Shown: positions 53,910 through 64,000 of the stretch, piece by piece
Layout: each line of letters begins with the position of its first letter
Position numbering within the stretch: the first letter of the stretch is position 1
Assembly: GCA_965178125.1 (NCBI GenBank)
Contig: OZ237750.1
Location: 248,001-312,000 of the forward strand
Direction of reading: 5' to 3'
Length of the DNA stretch: 64,000 nucleotides
DNA from: Bilabrum cf. latius
Taxonomy: Eukaryota
The notes under the pieces: model-generated
Told to the model about the DNA's origin: nothing
What the model saw: the letters and a program-made list of their open reading frames with translations, nothing else
The model's database searches: none
Program-made: the position numbers and the translations under genes

Positions 53910-55751
53910 TCAATCTTTTCTAAAAAGTTTCTTCTTACTGTGAATAATTTGACATTCACCTGATTGCTCCAACTTCATACCCCCAAGGTTCGTTGACAAC
54001 TTTAGAGGTAATTCTTTCTCACTAATGAAACCATCCGTATTGACATAGTGAATGTTTTCAAGATATGGCTCAATCATTTTGGACAATTTACTTCGTCCAA
54101 GTCCAGTCAGAAAGGGACCTATTCTTGCGTAGGCTGTTTTGTAATCGTACTCTTCGTCATAGAGTGTACCCGATACAAGTCGTCCAGATGCTTTAGGATA
54201 CGCGTTCTTTAATTGTCTAAAATTCATACAATCACCATCTCGGAGTGTTTTTGTGATTGTGTTTTTCTAACATAGAGAACCCCAGATGTTGTTCAGTATC
54301 TCTTTCGCACACTTCAATCCCTATTTTTTATAACCGTACAATCGCTCAATCATCGTTTTGAACAGTCCATTTGCCTTCACCCTTGTTGTCTCATCGTAAA
54401 GTAAAGCGTTGGCTTCTCCGTCTTCAATAAGTGACACCTAAGCGCCCGTCTCAATCGCTCGGTTGATGTCATATTGAGTATAATAATTGTTTTTTCTTTT
54501 TTGTACCAATTTAGAATTGATATTTTCAATATGTACCCTAAAAATGCCGTACGGATAGAAACCACTTGAAGGTACTTCAAATTTTACGAACTTACCCCTT
54601 CTAACCGGAAATGTAAATGTACCCTTCATAATACTTGGATAAAATGAGTTAATATCGTACTGGTATGCGTTTTTTAATGTAGTATTCTTGTTTGCCCAAT
54701 TCAATCCACCACCCGAGGCTTTAGAAATCCATAGTGCTTCAACTTGGTCAATCGGGTCGGCAGGGTAAAGTTTGGAAAACTTACTGAAATACGACTTTAC
54801 AAATAGGGATGTTCTAAACATAAATCGTGATAAATCCATATATCCACCCGTCTCCTTTGATAAAGCCCTTACATTTTTCATCCGTTCTTCGTGTTTTGTT
54901 CGTAGTTCTTCCTTGGATTTAACGTCAAGGATGAAATTCTCCTTAAAAACCGATGTAATGCCTTCTGATTGATATTCACGGTCTCCATCAAATAGTAAAT
55001 AAGAATTCTCGGATTGATACAAGCGGGTTATTAGTCTACACGGTTCTTTAGACGGCGGTGTAAATAATTCTTTCTAACTAATGGGGGGAACATACTTGTA
55101 ATGCCCATTTGTTAATGAAACAGTTAGAAGACGGTCAAAATGAGTTTTTCCAGATGTGTATTCAAAGTCGCCTACAACATGAATGCGTAATTCAAGTTCG
55201 TCTTCTATCTCTGGTATTCTTCTGTAATCGATTGGGTCATCACGCCCAATTTTCAAGAGTTCTTTGAGGTCGGACTTCGACAATCTTTTAATAGTAGTTT
55301 TCCATTTGCCTTTTGCGTTCTTTACATTTACCTTACGACCAACTGAAAAAGGAAAAGCCTATTTTATAGCGTTATATAAACAATCGTTATGTTCGTCAGC
55401 ACCGCCTTCTGGTTCTGGCTTTCTAATAAGCAGTAGTTCAAAAGAATTCAATTTTCTATATTCGTCGTCATCGTCGTCTTCGTAACCCGCCCATAAACTA
55501 TCTTGATTTTCTAAATCATCTGTAGTAATCCAAGTGCTTCTTGTTCGCCAACCTGTATCTTGAAAATTGATATTCACCTTAAATTTAAAGTCATCAAACG
55601 GATTTTCACCACCATCGTCGTAATCACGAATAAATTCCAAGACATCTTTTACGGTGATAAGGTCCTCGCTCTCAAATCGCATACTCCATATTGGTTTCCC
55701 ATTAAGACGCAATTTGGTTCTTTGGGGTTCCATAAAATCGATTTCGGGCAT
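53910..55751 (-). CDS. polB: Protein-primed-type family B DNA polymerase, 613 aa with TAG=Gln
   Basis: YQYDINSFYPS, AKEILNNIWG, YVNTDGF; four track ORFs in one frame; ends TGA. Confidence 0.9.
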
Positions 55752-55808
55752 TCTATAGTATCTAATATATTATAGAATACGATAATTATTCTTAAGGTAT
55801 GAACTCAC

Positions 55809-57470
55809 TCACTTCTCAATTTTACAGAGGAATTTAGAAAGTTTCCCTTTTTTGTTCTTTGGTGGGTTCTCTTTTATCCATTTTTGAATAGCGATGCTAT
55901 TCTCAACACTCAGCTGTTTCTGGATTTTCTTATGGACTTTTTCCGTCGGTGTAATCTCCTTTTCTAATTCCAACTATTCAATCGTTTCCTACTGCTATGC
56001 GACTTGTTTCTGTAGTTCTCTTATCTACTCTCGAAGAACATCTACCTCGGATTTTGCTTTTTCCATCTCAGCAGAATGACGAAGTGCCTAAAATTTAGAT
56101 TGGAAGCCTTTTAGTAAGTCTGCGTGTTTCACATTAAATTCTTGTTTTCTCTATTTGTTCATCGTTGAATGAACACCCACCTCTGACAATAGTGTTTTAA
56201 TCATAGGTGTACCAAGGTTCTTCACTCTACCGTTCAGTTCCTACTTTAGATAATTGCGGAATTCCAAGACTGTCATTTTAAAATCTCTGCCTTCGTCCAG
56301 CCACTCTTCTTTTAGAATTTTTAAAACCGGATGTGCGCCATCAAGAATTCCTTTGTAAAAATTCTTTGATTTTGGTGCGAATTGTCCTGTAAAGTCTGGT
56401 GATGTATCATAGATTTCAACCAATAACATATAAAATGCCTTAGCCACTTCTGGATTTTCTGTAAAACGTTTTAGTGTTGTAAAGTATTCTTTGTCTCCTT
56501 TCTTAGATGTATTCACATCCAAAACACAATATCTACGGATTTCCTCGGTGATTTTGATTGGACTATCATTCGTATCAATAATTAAATTGAATGTATTGGG
56601 ACGACTTTCGGATTTGACAAACTTCTCATTACATGAAAAGTGTTTTTCCGTAATAAGATTTCTTAGCGTTGCCTACATGGCGTCCCAAATAGTTTGCGAG
56701 GCTTTTGGAATTTCATTAAAATTGACTAATAGTTTCCCGTCCAGAATTGAGTTGAAGGCGTCGGGTTGAAGCATCTTGTGTGTAAGCGTCTATAGTGTAA
56801 GGGTATATCCGAGTAGTTTTCTCATAAGGAAGGTAATAATCATCGATTTACCAGTTCCTTGTGGAGATTTCAAATATAGTGCTGTACCCAACTTCTTTCC
56901 GCCCACAATAACGTGAGCCAACCATTTCATCACAAAATCACACTATTCTTTGTCTTCTGAAGTCCACACCTTCTGGATATGTTCATAAATCATAGTCGCG
57001 CCTGCTTTTGCGTCTTCGGATAAATCCTCTATGTTTCCACAGTTTTCCCGTGTAAGTATAGGTGAACCCATAACGTTAATTGTTTGATTGTCGTAATCCA
57101 CGGTAGGTGAATTGAATTTTCTTACAATCGTAAATACGTCGGTATTCTCATTTAAGAACCAGTCTCGTGCTGACCAAGTCTTTACTCTTTTGTTGCCCAC
57201 AATCGCGTATATACAGTGTCCCCCAATCAGGTAATTTTCAGTAATATTTTTATTCGTAAGGAACTACCAGACTGGTTTCTGGGGTTCGTCATCACTTATG
57301 TTATTCCGATTTAATTCAGATGCTATTAGAAAATACACCCCGCCACCTTGCTCGTGGGTGCGGTAGAAGTATTGTTTAAGGTATTGAATACATTCCTCTT
57401 GTTTTCCGGCATTACATAGGTCCATAAGGCTTTTTGACGAATACGCTTTAGTCGGCAGAGTGAATGACAT
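55809..57470 (-). CDS. Superfamily 3 (D5-like) helicase, 553 aa with TAG=Gln
   Basis: LYLKSPQGTGKS, LLVNFNE, FNLIIDTN, IRRY; C-terminal coiled coil; ends TGA. Confidence 0.85.
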
Positions 57471-57480
57471 TTTTGTTGTT

Positions 57481-57514
57481 GTACTATAGAATACGAAAAT
57501 AATCCTTAAGGTAC
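57481..57514 (-). promoter_or_regulatory. Conserved upstream motif TACCTTAAG-N9-CGTA(T/G)TCTATA
   Basis: Also at ~55772-55800 and ~58899-58933, each just upstream of an ATG. Confidence 0.7.
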
Positions 57515-57527
57515 GATACGGGGCATC

Positions 57528-58583
57528 TCAATTTTCTATATCCCACTCCAAAATTAAATTAGGAGCAATTTCTTGGATTTTATTCTTTGGTTCCCACGTC
57601 CAATGTTCTGGTTCTGGAAAATCTTTCCATTCTATTTGATATTCTGTTTCGTTCTCGGATTTTATCTTTTTTGGGATAAAAATTGTCTGAGCATCTCGAT
57701 TATTGTCCTCATTATCAAAGTCGATAATCTGTAATTCCTCTTTTGGATAAGCCACTAAATCATCCTAATCCACAACATATAAGGGTGGTTGTCCGGGTCT
57801 TAATAACACTTTTGTAACCGTTTTGATTTCTGGATTATAGCGTAAATCGGAAGCACGAAAATTTCCGGATAATTTTTGCTGTAAATTTGTAGCCTTTCTG
57901 GGTTCTTCTAAAGGTATTCTTACGCGTGTCCCTTCTTCCAATACATTACAAGCGTCTCCTTTGCACTACGTAAAGTCGAAGTGTTCTGGGGGTAAAGGTG
58001 GTTCTTCCATATATTTTTCCAGTTGATATTCATTATAGTTTTCGATGATGTTTGGGAGCATATCCACCCATTCTACGCTTTCATTACCTGTATTTAACTC
58101 ATTTACGTTCTGTAGGGTAAATATGGCTTTTCCCAACGTTTTATTTAAGTTTTCCACTAATGCCTGTTGACGATGGCGACCTGGTTTATTTCTTCGTACA
58201 AATACGTCGGTCTCTTCTAAATATCTTTGTAAAGCATTGAATTCTTTTCCATTATCTATTTCCAAACGGTACTGCGGTTTCTGGACATTTCCACGATTGA
58301 AAATCTTTTTTGATGCCTTTAATACTTCGTTCTAACGCTTGGTTTTGAGCGGTTCAGCATCGGCCTACTTTGTGTGTAAATCAATAGCGGTTAATGCGTA
58401 TTTATAATTCTTGTCGTGGGGTAATGATAATAAATCCATTTGTACCACTTGGTGAGGTTCTGGTACATTTACGTGGGGTCTATTTACTCCTTTGGGTCGT
58501 TTTGGTCGTTTCATTAAATTTACAATACGACTGTTGGGATAAATGTTTAGGGATTGTAATATTCTTTCAAAGGCGCTACTCAT
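57528..58583 (-). CDS. rve retroviral-type integrase with C-terminal chromodomain, 351 aa with TAG=Gln
   Basis: VQMDLL, LTAID, IDNGKEF, QALVENLNKTL (DDE); YQIEWKDF..WTWEP; same architecture as the mavirus integrase. Confidence 0.92.
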
Positions 58584-58648
58584 TTGCTATATAGTTGTAT
58601 CATTCTCCTTACTTTTGTAAAGTAGGGAAAATAATTCTTGGGAAAAAA

Positions 58649-58888
58649 TCATTTGGTTTTGGTACTTTCGTGCCATTCAACTACAATTTGACTTAAATCT
58701 GTAGCCTCCTCAAAGTCAGCAAGCAGGTCATCGTCATCATCATAATTAATCCAAATAATAGTCTTTGTAAATTCAAGGTACTTTTTGGCCATATCGTATG
58801 CTTCTCGTGTTGTAATAAACGGGACTGATTTAAGACATTCTTTGGTCGCCAAGATGTAATTCTCGAGTTCCTTTTGTGATTTTGCCAT
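58649..58888 (-). CDS. Hypothetical protein, 79 aa
   Basis: MAKSQKELENY..., preceded by the same leader motif as the helicase gene. Confidence 0.6.
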   Translation of the reverse strand: MAKSQKELENYILATKECLKSVPFITTREAYDMAKKYLEFTKTIIWINYDDDDDLLADFEEATDLSQIVVEWHESTKTK

Positions 58889-59365
58889 TTTTGTGGTTGT
58901 ACTATAGACTACGTAAGTTATGCTTAAGGTACGACATTTCCACTTTAGGCCATCAATTTTTGCGTTTTTAATTAGGGAGTTGGAAAACATTTATAATTTG
59001 TTTTTTATTTTCCTTTTGATTTTTATGGTGGCATCATAGGAGTTACAACATTTAATTTTAATCTTTGAAAAAGATATCAAAAGAGCGGAGGGCAAAGCCC
59101 GAGCATCTTGGGAACTTAATTTATTCTTTCTAAGTCTCTTATAATTGACCTGTAAAATTGACAAGTTTTTTGGGGACTTTTCGAAAGGGACTTAAAATAC
59201 GTTTTCGTTTTCCTTTTAATTTTAATGGTGGCATCATTGGAATTATAACATTTAATTTTAATTGGAAAATATATTTATTCTTTCTAAGTCTCTTATAATT
59301 GACCTGTCAAATCTCTCAATTTTTGGGGGACTTTTCCAAAGGGACTTAAAATACAATTATAATTT

Positions 59366-59957
59366 GTTTTCGTTTTCCTTATAATGTATCATCTCTTGGG
59401 TAATCGGTTTGGTTGCTTCGGAGAACAATTTAGTCGCTTGGGAAATCCTTGGGAAATCCTTGGGAAATCCTTGGGAAATCCTTGGGAAATCCTTGGTCGG
59501 TTCATCGGTCGGTTCATCGGTTTGTCGCTTGGTGTAACTACCTTGTTCTCTTGATAAAATACCTTGTTCTCTTGGGAAAATCCTCGGTTGGTCTCTTGGT
59601 CTCTTGGGAATTCATCCTTTCGTTCCTACAGCAAACACAGAGAGGTTTTTGACACTTGGTTAATTTCTTCATTTTTTCCTACTTTACTAAAACATCTCTG
59701 TCTTTGCTGTTAGAGTTTATAAGGGGGATAAAGATTAGAATTCTTCAATTTACCCCTACTTCGTAGGAGTAAATTTTATATCTGAAAATGGGTACATAGA
59801 GGGGTTCTATAGGGGTTCTTGGGGAACCCCTTGGGAAATCATCTAGGTTTATAGGGAAAACACTTGAGTTGCTAAATATGCCTTTAAAGGAGGGGCGAGC
59901 GTAGCGTAGCCCTCGTCCTCAACGCTTGGTGTACCTACCACCACCGTTGTCCCCCCC
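59366..59957 (-). repeat. Right terminal inverted repeat of element 2
   Basis: Reverse complement of 36884-37480; shuffled shared blocks extend to ~58980. Confidence 0.95.
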
Positions 59958-59971
59958 GTTGGCCTAGGCCT

Positions 59972-60620
59972 ACACACTCTTCAAAAAAGCTCGCACGGAG
60001 TTGGGACTGTCCCAGCCACCACACTGCTACAGATCCAGGATCTCAACACCCTAGGCATTCAGAGCCGAGGCCGCCGTACCAAGAAGAGAGTGACCAGTGA
60101 CAGAGGGATGGGATGTCCTGTGGCAGCCTGCATCTCCCGCGCCGCCCGCGCCGCCGACAGCCCCGAGAGCACATGGGAGTCGCCGGAACCCCCCACCGGG
60201 CCGGATGTCAACCACGCGTCGAGCGTCACCGCCGCGGACGCCCCGGTGTGGCGCCTGAGCCAATCGAGGAAGACCCGGAGGCCGCACGTGCGGGCCAATG
60301 GGAGGGCCGCTGCGACGGAGACGATCCGACTCTTCCGGCTCTTGGTTGGTGCAGAGCTGTGCAGGGAAGCTGAGGATCCGACCGGCGTCGTCACACGTGA
60401 GCTGGCAAAACCCCCATGCAGATACCCCGGCTGGCATCGGACGGGTCGACAGGAACAAGCTCGCCCAGCTGGAAGCCCCCCACAAAGCAGAGACCAGCTG
60501 CGGCCCATGCCGCGCTCCAGGTGTCGCCGGCGAACCAGGCGCCAACGGACCGGAGTGGGATGAGCGCCTTGGAGACGATCTCGGAGAACACCGCCCGCAG
60601 TACCAAGGAGATCCGCAGCA
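59972..60620 (-). pseudogene. Degenerate tyrosine recombinase fragment, second copy
   Basis: Paralogous to 29985-30620, with frameshifts. Confidence 0.6.
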
Positions 60621-60826
60621 GTCATGTGAATTGCGATCTGAGAGTGATGGATCATTCTACTGGCTGGATCCTTTGTATTCTACGAATGTACATAAGCTAA
60701 AGCAATAGCAAAAGCAAAAGCAAGCCAAGCGAATCGCGCCCTCGCATCCCCAGATCCGGATAGAACATCATCCAAGCTCCAAGGGAACTGACACATGAAG
60801 CACCAAATTGCTTCTCTCCGCCATGC

Positions 60827-63800
60827 TCAGGTCTACGGACCGCTGGCGCCACCTTGCGAGCCACTGGCATCGCCAAGACGTCGTCCTGGCGAGCTGCCGG
60901 GCCCACGGCGCCCCTCGATTGCAACCCGAGCACCGAGCACCGCAGCGACAGTATCATCGAGAGACCGCGCAACGCGACCGCCCCCGCTGCTGCGATCAGC
61001 CCCCCACTCCCAGTCGCTGCCGAAGCTCGTTGTACGGGGCGCCAGGCCAGCACCACCACCTCCAGCGCCAGGGCCCGCGCTCCCAGTTCCGCGCCGAACG
61101 GTGCTGGCACCCATCGGGCTCCTCGCCAGGGTGCGCGGCGCCGCGCCTGCGGAACCAGGAAGTCCTCGGAAGGCGGCGCTGTTGCGACCCTCCGTAGCAG
61201 CCCGCCGCATGTCGCCCAGCCGGATTCGAACCCGCGGGACTGACCTGGGCGATGTGGGAGACGAACCAGAGTCAGGCACAGGCCCCGACCCCTGGCCCTG
61301 TGCCTGGCCCAAATCAGCCCCTGGAATGGGCACGGGCATCGACCCGCCCTCTGCCCCAGCGAGGGGCGGGTTGCGACGAGGCAGCATCGTCCTCGTGACG
61401 CGAAGGCGAGGCCGCTTATCGGCTCCACCAGCAGCAGCAGACGGCGATCCCATGCCGGGGGCAGGGGCGGTCTAGCCAGCATTCGGCGATGCCAGAGGCG
61501 TCGCGCGCTGGCGCTGCTGGGCCAGCGAGGGCATTTCATCGAGTGCTGGGTCGGTCTCGGGGTCATAGATGGCCACCTCATCCGACCCATCTTCTTCTTC
61601 ACCGATCGAGCCGAGGCCTCGTTGACGAGTGGCTGGGCTGTGGGCAGCGGCGCCGAGGCCGACAGAATGCGCGGAATCGCCCGACAGCGACGTCTGATGA
61701 ACTCCGGCTGGCGGCTCTGTCGTCTGCCCAGCGATCGATGCTCCCCCCCTCGATGCCGCCCGGTGGAGACTGACACGGGGCGCAGCGGCAAGAGGCCGCG
61801 GCTGGGTGCGTCCGGGACTTGCAATGGCACCGATTCCCTGACTGCCGTTCCCTGGGCCCCCATGGGAGGGGTGCTCGAGGTCGAAGCGGGAGACGCTTCC
61901 AGAGGCCATTGACACTGACCCGCCCTGGTACGTCCCACTCGTCACATTCTGCACCGGGTTCATTGTCTCGTGCCGCACCATGCCTGGTGGCTGGTAGCCT
62001 GCCCGACCATCTGCTGCTGCTGCTGCTGCTGCTGCACCGCCAACATCGTCGTGCACGTTGCCGGCAGCGGCCTCGATGCGGGCCGCGCGCGCCTGCGCCC
62101 ACGCCGACCGTCCATCGCCTCGTCCCCCCGTTGTTCCCTGATCCTGGCCAGGAACCGCGCCATCGAAAGCACCGTAGCCCTGGCTACCCCTGTCCGTAGA
62201 CCGTTCTTCCTTCTGTCCGCTGGATGCAGCCAGCCCGGCAGTAGGACCTGCCTTGCGGAGTGCCGCGTCGATCAATGGGTCATCGGACCGGGGACCCAGA
62301 GCCTGCGTCGCGTCCGCCTCTCCACTCTTTGAATTGCCCCCTGATGTCGCAATCTCGGACTCATCGGCCGGGCGAGTGTACTTGTACGCGAAGAATCCCG
62401 CCCCGCCCACCAGGGCCACCGCCATCACAGACCCCAGCACAATCGTGCCGATCAGTCCGTCAGACAGCCGATCATCCTTGGGGTCACCCCCGAACTGCTT
62501 CTTAGGATCGTCCACGATCTCCAGGTCAGACACGGGCGCGCACTGACCCTGCACTGTGCCAGACTGGCAAGCACCCACGATGCGAGCTGCGATGGCAGAC
62601 AGCTCGGTAGCCGTGCCCCCAGCCACCTCGATCCGGAAGTTCACCTTCAGCTCCTGCTGCTGCTGCTGCTGCACCTGCAGCGCACGGCCGGACACCAGCC
62701 CCATCCACGCCATGGCGCCCCTCGCAGCCGACCCCAGGCCCTCTTGCACCCAGGCCCCAGATGTACCCAGTGCTCGCCTCCTCCTTCTCGTGTTGTTCCC
62801 CGACACCAGCTCCACTGACGTGATGAACACCTGCGACTCGGACACCCCCGCTGCCTGGGCCACGTTCTCCCTGAAGCCGCGACGCTCCTCAGAGCCAAAG
62901 TCCTCCACTGACGTCACGTTGATCGACACCGAGTACTGGATGAACGGGTCTGACTCAGCGCTGGGAGCCGCGCACTCAGCCACATTGCACGCGCGATCCT
63001 CCGATACACGAGTGCAGAAGTCCAGACCAGCCGATGGAGACGCGCCCGTGGCGTTGCGACGGCGAGTCTGCACGCCCCCGCCACACGGCACATCGCATGC
63101 GTCGTACGCCGACCACGCAGAGTACTGGCACGTCACCAGCTGGCACCGCACCGGGTCCTCGGACCAGCTGCCGCCCAGCTGGCACGACGTCACCAGTGGG
63201 TGGCCCTCTGGCTGCGGCAGGTGCTCGGCATCGCACGAGTACTGGCATGATGGCAGCCCATCCTCGTTGTAGGCGCACATGATGGAGCCGTTCACCGGCC
63301 GGGACAGGGCGGGGCATCCGGAAGCCACGGACACGAACTGCGCCCCTCTCGTGGCATACCTCACTTGCCCGTTCGGAGCCACTGACAGAGGGGGGGCGGG
63401 CTGCTTTGGATCGGGAACGGGGGTATTTGGGTGTGGCCTTCTCCACACGGGCTGCCCCGACAGCAGGTCCAGTGCGATTGCCTCCTGCTGCGTGTTCAGC
63501 AGCACCACCTGCCCGTTGCTCACCGGCGTGGACGCAGTGGACACCAAGTTGCTCTAACCGCCCTCCGTCTGGCCCACCACCTCCACCCAACGGGGCACCA
63601 AGGGGGCTTCCGAGCTGGGCCCCGACTGAAGCGCGAACTGCCGCCCGATCGAGTCGCCCACCAGGATTGTCTGCTCCATGCTGCCAGGGAACAAGGCCAG
63701 GCCGGGCGCCCCCTGCACGGACACGGACGCGCCCGTGATGTCCTCGTGCGGAACCTCGAACAGATCGCGCGGCGCCGGCGCGTGCTCCCCGAGATCGTAG

Positions 63801-64000
63801 CTCAGCACCAGCCCGCCGCGCTCCGCCCACGCGCTGGTTGCGACCAGCAGCCGCCCGTACAGCTCGTCCAACACCGGGCCGGCCACCACGGGAGCAGCTA
63901 CCGACGGGTGACTCGGGCTCGTGCTGCTGACCCACAGGTTGCATGACCCCACTGGCCCCTGCCCGCACTTGGGCGGCTCGCTGCCAGTGGCACCCTGCAC
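60827..64000 (-). CDS. Large type I membrane protein, copy 4 (5' part beyond window)
   Basis: Track ORFs 63554, 61472 and 60833 share one frame; ends TGA. Confidence 0.8.

Larger units (their letters stand above)
36884..59957. mobile_element. Complete mavirus-like endogenous virophage (element 2), 23,074 bp including a 6,660-bp nested Ngaro
   Basis: TIRs starting G7-ACAACGGTGG; 5-bp TSD GTTGG at 36879-36883 and 59958-59962; full morphogenesis module plus pPolB, SF3 helicase and rve integrase. Confidence 0.95.

Noticed and set aside
36884-59957. Bacterial or phage contamination, or a classical Polinton
   Set aside because: The TSD and the in-window empty site show true integration; MCP, penton, ATPase and protease motifs look virophage-type; the code matches the host

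Overview
Eukaryotic (protist, probably stramenopile-like) genomic DNA with sharp GC switches. The key to the window is that TAG behaves as a sense codon, most likely Gln, while genes end in TAA or TGA. Read this way, the fragmented ORF track resolves into intact genes in the host, in both viral elements and in a retrotransposon. Contents: (1) 1-~10453, the right part of an AT-rich endogenous virophage-like element (element 1). It carries a penton, a major capsid protein and a primase-polymerase/SF2 origin-binding-type helicase fusion. It also has nine copies of a ~74-bp hairpin repeat (three head small-gene cassettes), a tRNA-like Pol III locus and a terminal nested palindrome, and it truncates a host ORF. 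(2) GC-rich host genes: a CUE-domain gene, a WW-MyTH4-FERM gene and four mosaic copies of a large type I membrane protein (beta-propeller, sushi, TSP1, SEA-like, TM, repeat-variable tail). (3) 36884-59957, a complete mavirus-like endogenous virophage (element 2) with TIRs and a 5-bp TSD GTTGG. It encodes protease, packaging ATPase, penton, MCP, pPolB, SF3 helicase and rve-chromodomain integrase, and an empty paralogous target site is visible at ~29976. (4) 46753-53412, an intact Ngaro tyrosine-recombinase retrotransposon nested inside a virophage gene. All protein family calls come from motif recognition by eye, not from database searches.
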